Assembly (NCBI GenBank): GCA_951406725.2
Contig: OX597820.1
Location: 103,230,001-103,294,000, forward strand
Direction: 5' to 3'
DNA from: Octopus vulgaris
Lineage: Eukaryota
Length of the DNA: 64,000 bases
The notes below the pieces were generated by a model, which was not told where the DNA came from, did no database searches, and saw only the letters and a list, made by a program, of their open reading frames with translations. Of this stretch, positions 13,919 to 27,145 are shown in pieces (position 1 is the stretch's first letter; each line of letters begins with the position of its first letter). Made by a program: the position numbers and the translations under genes.

Positions 13919-14321
13919 ACTCTTTACTCTTTTACTTGTTTCAGTCATTTGACTGCGGCCATGCTGGTGCACCGCCTTTAATCGAGCAACTCGACCCCGG
14001 GACTTATTCTTTTGTAAGCCCAGTACTTATTCTATCGGTCTCTTTTGCCGAACCGCTAAGTAACGGGGACATAAACACACCAGCATCGGTTGTCAAGTAA
14101 TGCTAGGGGGACAAACACACACACGCATATGTATATATATATATGTATATATACATATATACAACGGGCTTCTTTCAGTTTCCGTCTACCAAATCCACTC
14201 ACAAGGCTTTGGTCGGGCCGTGGCTATAGAAGACACTTGCCCAAGGTGCCACGCAGTGGGACTGAACCCGGAACCATGTGGTTGGTAAACAAGCTACTTA
14301 CCACACAGCCACTCCTGCGCC
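13919..14321 (-). mobile_element. tRNA/CORE-type SINE (family A), full length
   Basis: Same family as 8133-8535. Confidence 0.9.
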
Positions 14322-14704
14322 TGTATATGGTCAAATGTATTCTAGATGTGATTTGCCTGTATTTTCCCCTGACATGGTGTATCTTTTTTTGAGATAAAAG
14401 GATGTGATTGCAGATAAATTTGGTTGCTATTTGCTATAGATCAATTGAAGCATCTCCCTTGGTGTGAGACAAAAAGTTTAAAAAAGGCTCAAAAGAGAGA
14501 AATTATACAAAATTATTAGCTAATGTACAAAATTTTAAAATTGATAAAGTTTTAGTGAAATTTATATAAGGCACAGCAAGATTAGATAGGAAGCAATTAG
14601 TATTTTAGAAATATCAGAACAGCAGATGTTACATTTACTTTTAGAAATTAGAAAGAAGGTTATGCATGAGTTTGAGTTGACAAAACTTATGTGGAAGGCA
14701 GTTA

Positions 14705-15105
14705 GGATCTTTTCAGTTTGAACGGCAGTTTTTTCTAGCGGTGTTATATGAAATTGTCACCCATAATTATGACCCTAGTATCGATCTATTGCATTTCAAT
14801 CTCTTTTAGGGTTAGAGGTAATGGAAGGGTATCTTTTTTTCTTCACAAATGTAAATAAACCCAATCTGTTTCTTAAACGAGGGACATATTCATACGGCAC
14901 AGAATGTTTTTTAACTCAATGGACATATTTGATTGGTTGAAATTGAAGAAAAAAACCCACAAATATCTTACAAACTATAGAATTTTCTCAATAAAGCCAA
15001 GAGAAAAAGATGTTTTCTAAACACATTCTACCAGTATACGAAGTTTAAAACTTTTTAGTTACCTAGAAATTATGTTAAAAACTGCTGTTCAAACCGAAAA
15101 GATCT
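14705..15105. mobile_element. Non-autonomous DNA transposon (MITE)
   Basis: TIRs GGATCTTTTCAGTTTGAACGGCAGTTTT and AAAACTGCTGTTCAAACCGAAAAGATCT; 8-bp TSD GGCAGTTA; second, left-truncated copy at about 30012-30411. Confidence 0.85.
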
Positions 15106-15500
15106 GGCAGTTAGACTGCATCTGTTTTGTGTGGTAGACTTAACATTATCCAGTTTTACACCATCACCACCACCATGCCTCTTGGATGTCTTTAGCTGAA
15201 TATAGTTTATTGCAAGCCTTTGAACCACATGATAAATCTGTATCATGGTTTCTTAATTGACAAAATCTTTATAGCAAAACTGTTTGTTTCAACAAAACAA
15301 CTACCACTTAACTACAACTACAAAAAGTATCCACAAAGTGAACAGGTCACAGTTTCAAAGCAACAAAAATATTTTGACACAAATTAAATTTAAATGTTAA
15401 AGTGAATCTAACGTTTTTTTTTGTTTTTTTTTGTGTGTGTGTGTTCTAAAATGGCTTATAAACATCTTCCATGCTGCAATTGTTTATCATTTTATTTTAG

Positions 15501-15574
15501 GTAATATTTGCCGTTCTCCAATGGCACATGCCATTTTCGAGCATCTGCTGAAAGAAAAGAATCAACATAACATG
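15501..15574 (+). CDS. ACP1: LMW-PTP exon 2
   Basis: ttttag|GT AAT ATT TGC CGT TCT; encodes (G)NICRSPMAHAIFEHLLKEKNQHNM|gttagt; 74 nt. Confidence 0.96.
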
Positions 15575-16150
15575 GTTAGTTGTTATGAATTTTATTATTT
15601 CTGCATGAGATGGCAATAAATCAGTATAAATATCTTACAATTTCATATTTTTCTCCACAACTTGCTCCTTGTTATTCAAATCCCAACAAATTCTATGTAT
15701 TTCATTCTGTATATAGTTGTAGTATTTATTATTCGCCCACCTCTCTTCCCTGTGAGCTGAATACTACTTTATAGTTCTCAGATTATAATCTCTTTGTCTT
15801 TCTCTTTCTGCTTGACTAATTATAATACATTTATATTCTGCCTACAATGTTATGTTTTTTTGTCTTTTTATCTCTTTCATGTTTCAGTCATTAGACTACA
15901 GCCATGCTGGGGCACCAATGTTCTAATTTGCTTATTAAAGTTATTTTTGCTTTCTGTATGTTTTTCTCACTTTTAATTAATTTCTTCCAAATGTGTAATT
16001 GTAAATTAATGTGTAAGCATAGCTGTGTGGTTAGGAAATTTGCTTTCCAACCATGTAATTTTGGGCTCAGTTCCACTGCATGTCATGTTTGTTAAATGTT
16101 TTCTAATGCAGTTAAAGGCTACCCAAAGACTTGTGAGTGGAGGCCAGTCA

Positions 16151-16192
<42 letters not shown>

Positions 16193-16194
<2 letters not shown>

Positions 16195-16398
16195 CTCTTT
16201 TACTTGCTTCAGTCATTTGACTGCGGTCATGCTGGAGCACCGCCTTTAGTCGAGCAAATCGACCCTGGGACTTATTCTTTGTAAGCCCAGTACTTATTCT
16301 ATCGGTCTCTTTTTGCTGAACTGCTAAGTGACAGGGACGTAAACACACCAGCATCGGTTGTCAAGCAATGCTAGGGGGACAAACACAGACACACACAT

Positions 16399-16435
<37 letters not shown>

Positions 16436-16600
16436 CATATATACGACCGGCTTCTTTCAGTTTCCGTCTACCAAATCCACTCACAAGGCATTCGCCGGCC
16501 CGGGGCTATAGCAGAAGACACTTGCCCAAGATGCCACGCACTGGGACTGAACCCGGAACCATGTGGTTGGTTAGCAAGCTACTTACCACACAGCCACTCA
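16193..16600 (-). mobile_element. tRNA/CORE-type SINE (family A), full length
   Basis: Same family as 8133-8535. Confidence 0.9.
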
Positions 16601-18026
16601 TATATATATAATATATATGTACCAGTGAATGTATGGATGTGTGTGAGTAATTGTGTCTCATCTTTTCTATAAAAAAACCTGAAGTGCAATAACCTTTGTT
16701 TTGCCTCTAGAGTTATAGCTGATTGCACTGAAAAATGAGTTCAGTACTGTGCAACACTTTATCCACTCAAAGCAAATTCATGCACACGAAGGAGCCTGGT
16801 TTAACCATCTGGTTTGCCAGCCCTCAGTCAAATCGTCCAACCCATACTAGCATGGAAAGCAGACATTAAACGATGATGATGATCTTCTTCAGTTCTCAAA
16901 ACATTTGCATGGATTTACTCCTGAGTTGTCTTCCACTATGTTTTTCTAGTAGTGGGACCATTATGGTATCAAAGTATGACTAGGAATTTTGCCTTCTCAT
17001 TCATAACTACAAGTAAGCCTAGTGGTAGTCATTGTTTTACTTTCTATAAAACTTGATTCAGCAATGTAACACTTGTTTGTTCTACAAGTCACCCACTACA
17101 ACCAGCATGAGTTTTATAGCTTTAGCTCCTCATGGTTGTATCATTTTACAGCAAGGTAGATGTAGACATTTGATAGTTGAGTGGTGTACTATAAACTATC
17201 TTATCAGTTCATTATCGTCTCAGATATGAGTGAATATCTATGGGGTGGCTCAATCTACTAGAAATAGCAGTCAAATTATCTATCTCAAATCAGATCCTAC
17301 CGTCTAATATAAAGCATATTGAATACTGTAGTTCCTGATAATGCGAAGAGAAAAGATTGTTATAGATGTAACATGAAATTCAGTTAGTCAGAGCTGTTCC
17401 GTGGATAAACAGCAACATACCTGATACAACATCCAGTAGATTTGGTAAAGGAATATTTAGTATTAAAGTTGGCAATATAATTTTCAAGTAAAGTATAAAC
17501 TAAAAATGTGTCTGAAAATATTTCCAGGTCAGGCATAGCTGTGTGGTACAAAATTTCCTTCCCAACCACATGGTTCTGGATCCAGTCCCACTGTGTGGAA
17601 CCTTAAGCATGTGTCTTCTGCTATATCCCCAGGCTGACCAAAGCCTTGTGAGTAGATTTGATGGTTGGTAACTGAAAGAAGCCCATCATATATATATATA
17701 CGAGCTAAATGCCCCCTCCCCCATCCAATATACACTACTGAGTTGTCAAACATTTAAACCAAATTTTCTCAAAACAATTTGTCCGACCGTCCCATAGGCC
17801 TCCCCTTTGAGAAACACTGATTTAACCAAAATTTGAGACACCAGCAAAAGAAGAAATAAAGATAGACTTTTTTTCTATTCTAAAGAATGCTTTATCGATT
17901 TTTGTAATTTTTTCAAGACTTATACATGCCCGGATACCGCCGGTATCTACATATCAAATTTGAGCGCAATCAAATGGAGGATGCCCAAGATCCTAAAAGA
18001 CACACACACACAGACAGAACGTATTT

Positions 18027-18063
<37 letters not shown>

Positions 18064-18228
18064 ACTTATATATAAGGGCTAAAGAAAATTATTTCAATGC
18101 CTATATGCTGATAACAGACTTTTAAATCGTCAATTTCCACATATTATTTACTCGCTACAGAAAAAAAAACATGAAGAACTAAAAATTGGGGAAGCCAGCC
18201 GATAGAATTTTAAAAATAAGTTTGTTAT

Positions 18229-18288
18229 TTCTATATTGAATCAATTTCGGAATTAATCTCATAAAAGATTCTTTCCTCTTCAGTAGAA
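18229..18288 (-). ncRNA. Minimal type I hammerhead ribozyme motif inside a ~420-bp repeat next to (TA)n
   Basis: UUCUA-CUGAAGA-GGAA...UUCC-GAAA-UUGAUUCAA-UA-UAGAA: stems I and II plus a near-palindromic stem III; AUA cleavage triplet. Confidence 0.8.
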
Positions 18289-18932
18289 CTTACGAAAGGA
18301 TATAAATAAGATACTTACATGCGCCCATGGAAAAAAAGCCGAAGCAAAAATCATGAGTACATATAAGTACCCCAGATATATCTAAAAATAAAATTCTTTG
18401 GTCAGCCTCAGCACAACGTGTTGACTGTTCTCCACTACAGGTTATAGTGGTTACCAGTCCCTATAGCGAGATTTCTTTATTTGATATTTAGCAGAAGCAA
18501 CAGAGTGACTCAAAGGCTAGGTGTTTCGTGTGGTGGCACTTATCAAAACATCATATTTTGAGTTCTATTTTTCCTGTTTGTATCATTTGTTGCTGTCTCT
18601 GCTTTGACATTGCATAGTAGTTGTAAATGAGTGTTCCCGTCAAGCAAGTAGTGTTCTTTCATTTCCAATCTTTAGTGTAAACATGTCTGGTCATGGGGAG
18701 TATTACTTTACTTGGAAACAAGTGTGAGTTGGTGACAGGAAGGGCATCAAGCTGTAGAAAATATTGTTCAACAAAATCCATCCGACCCATGCAAGCTTGG
18801 GAAAGTGGATGTTAAAACAATGATAATGTTGATGTCACTACTCTGTTTGTTATAGTTGATGCCATTACTTTTTCCCCAATACTTCTTATTCTTCACTATT
18901 TGAAAAAAAGAAAAATAAACAAACATTATAAC

Positions 18933-19335
18933 AGACACAGGTGTGGCTGTGTAGTATGAAGCTTTCTTGCCAACCATATGGTTCCGAGTTCAGTCCCACT
19001 GCATGGCATCTTGAGTAAGTATCTTCTCCTATAACCTTGGGTTGACCAAAGCTATGTGAGTGGATTTGATAGGTAGAAACTGAAAGAACCCATCATATAT
19101 GTATGTGTGTGTGTGTGTCTTTGTGTCTGTGTTTGTCCCCTCCCACCACCACTTGACAACTGGTATTGGTTTGTTTGCATCCCCATAACTTAGTGATTCA
19201 GCAAAGAGACTGATCAAACAAGTAACAGGCTTTGAAAAAAAAAAGTACTGGGGTTGATTCATTCAACCAAAAAAAGGTCTTCAAGGCACTGCCCCAGTAT
19301 GGCCACAGTCTAAAGACTGAAGCAGATAAAAGATA
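18933..19335 (+). mobile_element. tRNA/CORE-type SINE (family A), diverged copy
   Basis: A/B boxes and family body. Confidence 0.8.
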
Positions 19336-19492
19336 CAAGATTATTCAGAATATTGTATAACATGTACAACAAAACTCAAAGCTGTAGCAAATTTTTTTTA
19401 CTGTTTTGTGAAACAACTATCATTGATTTGTTGGTTAGATGTTTGTATGGAAAAATATTGATAGAATTTTTTGCTTTTTACCAATTATACAG

Positions 19493-19606
19493 TGGGAAGT
19501 TGATAGTGCAGCCATTGGGGATTGGCACATTGGAAAACAGCCTGATGAAAGAGCCTTGAAAGTTTTGAAAGAAAACGCCATAAATTTTAGACATACTGTA
19601 AGACAA
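19493..19606 (+). CDS. ACP1: LMW-PTP exon 3
   Basis: tacag|TGG; WEVDSAAIGDWHIGKQPDERALKVLKENAINFRHTVRQ|gtgagt; 114 nt. Confidence 0.96.
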
Positions 19607-21681
19607 GTGAGTATATTGTGTATATGTATTATATTGTGTTGTTGCGTCTAATCTTAAAATTAATTCTGCTTTTGAATATTTTTATTTTATTCATCTTCAT
19701 AGTCATAGTTGTGGCTGTGTGGTTCAGTAGTTTGCTTTGTAACCACACGGTTTCAGGTTAAATGTTATTGAGTGGCACCTGAGCAAGTGCCTTCTACCAA
19801 AGCCTTATGAATAGATTTGGTAGAAGGAAACTGAAAGAAGCCCATCACACACACACATCTTTGTATATGTAGATATATATACACACTCATACACTGCCCA
19901 TACATACATATGTATGTATGTATAGGTAATATGTATATGTGTGTTGGATATACTTGTCAAGCAAAAGTCAATCACTTTGAGCAAAATTACTGTTGACACT
20001 TCTCCTCTGCACTTTGAAGACATGTGAAATGAGTGATCTCTTATTTGAAAAACAGGTAACATTTAGTAACAAGAAGGTCTTCCACCTATAAAACAATGCC
20101 TTGATAATATAAATGTCTAACCCATGTTTGCATGGAAATGTGGACAAAAAAAATATTATTACCATCATTTCCCATTTTTACTTGTAACAGGTTAAACACT
20201 TTTTCTGTAGAACAGATTGGTACATGTGTTGATTTTGTATAATTTCCCATGTGGTCTCATGTTCTCAAATCTAACCTTAAATCTTCTTCTTGAATCTGCT
20301 TCTGCTTTATGTAATACATTGTCTCTTATTATATAATAGGCAGTGTCAGGAATTTAAATGTGATGCTAGTGTTTTATTATGTTTCTGGGCAGCTCTCTTT
20401 ATTCTACAGTCATTCACTTTATATAGTTGTTGGGAATGGATGTTGAATTATTTGGAGATGTTAAGTGCAATCAAACGGTATGCTATCCAGAAAATGTTTT
20501 GCTTGTTCATTTAGTGTAATGGAACTAAAGCTAAGCACTTATTCTCAAGGTATATTTTCATGCTTGCAGTATCATTACTTTATTTAAATTAGATAAAGAC
20601 AATTGATTACTATATCATGGAAAGGAATTTCCGAGTCAGCCAAATCAATCCATAACCTGGTTTTGATTCCCAGTTGCTCACCCCATCTCATCTCTGTCAT
20701 GCCACTAATGTCTTCAGAAAAACCATCTATATCACATTACTTGTTTCTCTTTCTCCAATTCATTTTCAAAATCACTATGGATGACCAACTCTGATTACAA
20801 AACGTCAAGCAGCTGACACATAGTATTAATATAATGTTAAGCATTCAATTGCTTATACTTCACTGTCATTGCTAAATCTGCCCTCTTCATGAATTCTAAT
20901 TCAGATAATGTAGAATAATTCATATTAGATTGATATAACCATTTCTCTTATAATCTCAAGGATATTTCATGAATTATTTTTATCCTAAACATATTCCATC
21001 TCACATGCTTTCTAAATATTATTGGCACAATTCCACTAATTTAGAGTGAGGCAGACTATATTGTTGATAGTATGTCTAAAGGAATTATTCTAGTGTAACC
21101 AGAGTGACTTAGTGAAATTGGAGCTAAGAATGTTGTTGTAATGCCTAAATTTTGTACTCTACCATATCTACTACTTCACTGCCTTTGTCTTATATAAACA
21201 TTAACCCTTTTATAGCTGTTTATCAGTTGATATTCATTCTTTGTTTCAATTGATTTTGAAAATCATGAAGAATTTAATTAAATAATTTTATCATCATTAA
21301 GCTGATTTTTAGAGCATGAATTAATAGGAAAATATGATGGAAGGACTTTTTTTTTACAACTTAGTTCACTGTTAAACAGGAAGTTTGTATCATAGAACCA
21401 GATGTGGTTTCAACTTCAAGTAAAGTGCTATCAAAAAGTTTAATAGCTTTCTACAGTTGATGCTGCTTTCCATCACTCAGTAACTGATAGTTTTTTTTGT
21501 TTTATTTTGGCACTGTTATCATATGCTTTTGTGATGTTTCTAATTATTGTTATAAAATCCACTTGATAGTAATTTGTATACCTGTTTCTTTCACCAAGTG
21601 CTATAGTAATATTTTTATATGCTTTGACAAAAATGAAATTAATGATCATTGTAATTTTTGCTTTTAATTTTTAAAATCCAG

Positions 21682-21743
21682 ATTACTAAAAGTGATTTCA
21701 AAACGTATGACTATATCTTTGGAATGGATGAACAAAATATGCA
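21682..21743 (+). CDS. ACP1: LMW-PTP exon 4
   Basis: ccag|ATT; ITKSDFKTYDYIFGMDEQNM then CA|gtatgt; 62 nt; conserved MD motif. Confidence 0.95.
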
Positions 21744-21895
21744 GTATGTATTTTTACAGTTATAAATTCTTGAAACAAAATAAATGTATATGTATATATG
21801 TCAGTAGATATATCTGTTTATCCATGCATCTCCCTCCCTCTCTTTCTTTCTCTCTCTCCCTCTGTCTCACACAAACACATTTAAACACACACACA

Positions 21896-22100
21896 CAGGG
21901 TGTTCATAAATTATCTTTACAATAGAAATTGAGCATCATCTAGATGTGTTGTATGCAACGAGTGGACCCACATGGAAGTGTTCTAATGTTTCTGATTAAA
22001 ATTTGTTTGCCTGTTTTCCAATAAACTCTACTAAGTCATTATTATTTTTAATTTTTTTCTGAATTTTTCAAATTGTAAAGGTAATTTATGAACCACTTTA
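21896..22100. mobile_element. Tc1/mariner-like MITE
   Basis: Imperfect TIRs CAGGGTGTTCATAAATTATCTTTACAAT and ATTGTAAAGGTAATTTATGAACCAC. Confidence 0.6.
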
Positions 22101-23820
22101 CAACCAACAAAATTGGTTCCTTTGCTGTCAATTAAAAAATATCTCCCATTAAGCAAACAGCAGTAATGTGATTCCGTTAGTATCATCAAAGAGAAATCTC
22201 TCTTTATAACATATATATATATACACTCACACACTCACTCACATGTACAGTCATGTGTGTAAGAAGTTTGCTTCTCAATCAAGTGGTTTCAGGTTCAGTC
22301 CCACTACATGGCACCTTGGGCAAGTGTCTTGTGCTGATCAAAGGCTTGTGAATGGATTTACTAGACGGAAACTGAAAGAAGCCCATTGTATATGTGTGTG
22401 TTTGTCCCTCACCTTGACAACTGGTATTGGTGTGCTTACTTCCTTGTAACTTAATGGTTTGGCAAAAAGACTGATAGAATAAGCAAAATAAATCCTAGGG
22501 TCAACTTGTTCAACTAAAACCTTTCAAAGTAGTGTCCCAGCATGGCCACAGTCAAATGACTGAAACAACTAAAAGGTAAAATATAAAGGTATATACATAC
22601 ATGTATGTGTCAAATATCTGAATTGACCAAATTATAGCAGGTTGTATTTTGCTGGTATGTTTGTATTTTATTGTCCATCCAACCAAATTTCATACTCCAA
22701 ATTTTCATGTTAATTTATGTTCCAAACACCAACTTAATGATAAAGTTATTTTACTAATTTCTTCATTATTTTTAAAGTTAATTAAAACAATGTCTGAGTG
22801 TTTCAACAAAAATATGGTAACTAAAGGATTAAGCTTTTGGACTAGATACTACCAGTTTGTCTGCATTAGAATCACTTCTTATTCAAGTGGACGATTTACT
22901 CTATGACTTAATACTACATAACACTCTCTCTCTCTTTCGGAGAGGCACTGAGCAGCTATACGCACACATACACACACGACAGTAACTTCCGCCTACCGAA
23001 TTCAATCACAAAGCTCCAGTCGGCTCGGGGCTATAGTGGAAGACACCTACCCAAAGTCCACGCAGTGGGACTGAACCCAAAACCATGTAGCTAGGAAGCA
23101 AGCTCCCTAACCACACAGCCATGCCCGCAACCAGATTTTTGTCCTTTGATAGCAACTGTTATTTCTTATTTGCTTACACCTAGAAAATACGAAACACAGC
23201 TAATATTTCCTTCAGACTTTGCTTTTGTTACATTTAACTCAGACCCTAAAGAATTCCTCTCAACACATGGCTATGATACTCCTTTACTACTGCTGCTCAT
23301 CATCAGAGATGCATATATTGTCAGCCACTAAGGGACATGCTCAAGTGGGTATGGTCAAGCAACTGACAAGCAAATCTGTGCCATTGAGCAGAATATTTGC
23401 TCTAGTGATATTTCTGCTTCAGTAATTCATCATTGAATCTGTCTGAAGTGTAATGGAAAATAGGTCAGTTTCAAAACATTGATGTCCAGATCACAAAAGC
23501 AAAGTTTGAAAAGAATAGTAGCCATTTCCTTTGATTTCTTAATAGAAACAAATAGGAAATAACCCTTACTGACCAAAGACAAAAAAAAATGTTTGTTACG
23601 CATTGTAATTTATCACCCTTACAAACATCTACAGTTCTGTATAAACTTGTACACATTTATTCAACTAAATACAAATACATATATACACACACATATAATG
23701 GATACACACGTATGTATGCATATATACATAGATACTTTTTCAATTGAACTTAATACTGCTCTTGTTCCTGTAATTCATTGAAAATCTTTATGTAAATTAT
23801 TTTCATTTTACTTTCTTCAG

Positions 23821-23923
23821 AGATCTGTCCATGGTTTGTGGCAGCAACAAACAGAAAGCAAAAGTAGAACTTTTAGGAAAATGGGATCCACAGAAAGTCG
23901 TCATTATTCCAGATCCATATTTT
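23821..23923 (+). CDS. ACP1: LMW-PTP exon 5
   Basis: ttcag|A GAT CTG; (Q)DLSMVCGSNKQKAKVELLGKWDPQKVVIIPDPYF|gtaagc; carries the catalytic DPY loop. Confidence 0.95.
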
Positions 23924-23941
23924 GTAAGCTTTTCTAAATGC

Positions 23942-23955
23942 ATTATTATTATTAC

Positions 23956-23991
<36 letters not shown>

Positions 23992-24630
23992 CATTATTAT
24001 TATTATCATTATTATTATTTAAGACATTGCACAGTATCCAATATTGTGATGTTGGTTGAAGATACTGTCTGCCAAGAGTTTGTACTGTCTGTCAAGTCAC
24101 AAGGACCTCAGAGTCAGTAACAGTACTTTACACAATATGCATGCAATTCCAAATAATGCCAATTTATGCAACACACCTAGATTGTAGGGTATTTCTAAAG
24201 TTTCCAAATGTTTCTTCAGGTTGAGTGGTATTGAACCCAAAGCTCCAATGATAACAGAGACAACCTCTATGTTTGATTCACGTAGCTACCATATCTTGGC
24301 GATCACAATTCCTAGGTCTCCATATTTATCAATTTTTTTCTTTCATATGTTGATGTCCTGGCACTGCCACATCAATTATTAGGTACCCTTATTTGTCCCT
24401 CCTAAAGGTTACTATATTCGGCCTTTGGTGCTCTAATACCTTGTCTGTCTGGAAGTCAAAGTCCCAGAGGATTTTTGCCTTCTCCTTTTCGTCCATTACC
24501 TTTTCCAATGTATGTTGATACCAAGCACCCATTACCTCATATCCATACTTTCTGCATAGTAACCAGTGAAGGCTTTGGGCAACCTTATCATGTCTATGTT
24601 TGTATTCTTTCTGTGCAAGACTTCAAGCTC
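23942..24630 (-). mobile_element. 5'-truncated R4/Dong-like non-LTR retrotransposon ending in a (TAA)n tract
   Basis: Translation YKQRHDKVAQSLHW...KILWDFDFQTDKVLEHQRPNIV...IIDVAVP; (TAA)n at 23942-24019. Confidence 0.75.
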
Positions 24631-25273
24631 TAACAATATGAATCATGCTTTTGACCCTCTTCCCACACATTCTGCTGGGATTTGTTGCACTTGTGTGGTA
24701 TATATCCCATTTCACTGAGTTGATGTTGGTCAAAATGACTTACCGTGGGGGAAATAATCGCAGAACTATGTGGTTGTGATGCAAAACTTTTTGACCACAT
24801 AGACATTCCTGTTTTTAGGCAAATATGACAAAAATAATTTTGCAAACCACTAGCTAATGGTGATAAGTGAAAAAATGTTTCCAATTTAATGTAAAATCAC
24901 CATCATCACTTAATATCCATTATCCATGTTGGAATGGGTTGACCAGAGTTGGCAAGCTGGAAAACTGCACCAAGCTCCAGTCTGATTTGGCATGGTTTCT
25001 ACAGCTGGATGCCCTTCCTAATGCCAGCCACTTTACATAATGTATTGGGTGTTTTTATGTGGCACCAGCATGAGTGCTTTTATATGTGGTACTGGCACAG
25101 GACTCTTGCAGGCCAGTCTTAACACTTCTATTGAGAAGTACAAGTCTTCTTGAGTACATCAAGATGATGGCATCTCAGTCTTTTGTCTGTTCTTATTTTA
25201 AAATATGGGCGGGGGATATGCTTTTAGTTCAGCTAGAAAAAAACTTATTGTCATGTTCTCTTGTATTTTTCAG

Positions 25274-25351
25274 GATACACAAGCTGAGTTTTACCCTGTA
25301 TATGACCAGTGTTATCGTTGCTGTAAAGCATTTTTAGAATCTTTTAATTAA
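25274..25351 (+). CDS. ACP1: LMW-PTP exon 6 (last)
   Basis: ttcag|GAT; DTQAEFYPVYDQCYRCCKAFLESFN*; the six exons total 471 nt = 156 aa plus stop. Confidence 0.94.
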   Translation, partial: DTQAEFYPVYDQCYRCCKAFLESFN

Positions 25352-25543
25352 CTCTAACGAAACTGTCTGAACTCTTCAAGGACTTTGCTAGCAGTCATAC
25401 AAGCTTTAAATTTCTTACAAATCTGGACAAACAAGTTTTAGATTTCTTATAATTATGGACAAAATATCTTTAAATATCTTCCGAGTGGTTATTGCAAAAA
25501 CTTAATGAATTAATTCTAAAAATGTTAAAATCTTTATAATAAT

Positions 25544-25549
25544 AATAAA
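25544..25549 (+). terminator. Candidate ACP1 polyadenylation signal
   Basis: First AATAAA after the stop codon, about 190 nt downstream, followed by T-rich sequence. Confidence 0.4.
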
Positions 25550-26820
25550 GTCTCTATAACTTTTCATTATTGACTTCTTTTTAATTAGGTACAAGGCTGG
25601 TTTTGCATCAGTGATATAAGAATGACTCTTGTAGAGGTCATAAAACTGCTTCAACCAGGAATTGAAAACATAATTTAGATGCAGTATATTTTTTTACCTT
25701 TTCCACATCTTTTATTTGTTTTAGTCTTTGGACTACAGCTCTGTTGAGCCACTGTCTTGAAGTGTTTTAGTTGAATAAATTGACCCCAGTATTTAGTTTT
25801 GAGCTTGGCACTTATTCTATCAGTTGCTTTTTGCTCTACTGCTATATTACTAGGATGTAAATAAACCAACACCAGTTATCAAGCTGTGTTGGGAGACAAA
25901 CACAGTCACAATGTAATGGGGTTCTTTCAGTTCTCATCTACCAAATCCACTCACAAGGCTTTGATCTGCTCAGGACTCTAGTAGAAGCAAGTATATTATA
26001 TTACTTGCCCAAGGTGCCATGCAATGGGATTGAATCAGGAACCATGTGGTTGTGAAGCAAACTTCTTACCATGCAACCATGCCTGTTTAACTCTTATTTT
26101 ATTGTACTCACATATCAGCTTAAATCAAAAATCCAAACCCCAAATTTACTAATAGCTTGTTCTTGCACATGGAATTGCTTCTACAAAATCTTTCTTCATA
26201 TGAGCCTTAAATCTGTGAAACTGGAAACTTTAAAGCATTATATTACATTTTACATTTCGTTGGAGTCAGAGTCAGTATATTTTTAATGATTCTAGTGACC
26301 CAATAATCACTTCCAGTTCTAACTCCACAACACTGACTCAAACTCCAATCTTAGGAGGAACAAAGCATCAAGATATATTTTAGTTTTGTGATTTACACAT
26401 AACTGAATGAGATTCTTGCAGTTAATATTTAATTTGAATTATTGAAGGTCTGTGACTGATAAGGAGGATATATGAAAGGTGGTTATTCTATAGATTTTCA
26501 TGTCAACAGAAGAAAGGGGTACCAAAATTACTGAGACTGGGTTTTGCAAATAGATTTACAAATAGATTGTTGAAATAAATGGATAGAGAGGAAGTTAGTC
26601 TGAAATCATCAAGTTAAAGGAAGCAGATACTTCTTATGGAACCAGAGAAAGAGGACCAGTATTAAATAAGTGGTTGAATATTGGGGACCTGCAATCTGGT
26701 TGTTTATATAGACCTAGGTCAGACCTGATCCAGCATACCCAAGATCAAAGTCATTCCAGCTATAATCATCCAAACCTTCTCTTGAGTATTACATATCTAG
26801 GAATATGTCTTTCTATTTTT

Positions 26821-27145
26821 GAAGGCACATGGCTCAGAATCATGAGGTAGTGAGTTCGATTCCCTGACCAGGCTGTGTGTTGTGTTTTTGAGCAAGACAC
26901 TTTATTTCACATTTTTCCAGTTCACTCAGCTATAGAAATGAGTTGGGTCATCACTAGTGCCAAGCTGTATTGGCCTTTGCCTTTCCCTTGGATAACACAG
27001 GTGGCGTAGTGAGGGGAGGCTGGTATGCATGGGTGACTGCTGGTCTTCCATAAACAACCTTGGCTGGACTTGTGCCTTGGAGGGGAACTTTCTAGGTACA
27101 ATCCCATGGTCATTCATGACCAAAGGGTGTCTCCACCCTTTTACT
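26821..27145 (+). mobile_element. tRNA/CORE-type SINE (family D); fuller copy at 48746-49090
   Basis: GAGTTCGATTCC B box and TTGAGCAAGACACTT core; two similar copies. Confidence 0.8.

Noticed and set aside
15575-21681. A second, mutually exclusive 114-nt ACP1 exon as in vertebrates
   Set aside because: No second DSA...PD.R-like exon was found by eye in intron 2 or 3; tBLASTn would be needed to exclude a diverged one.
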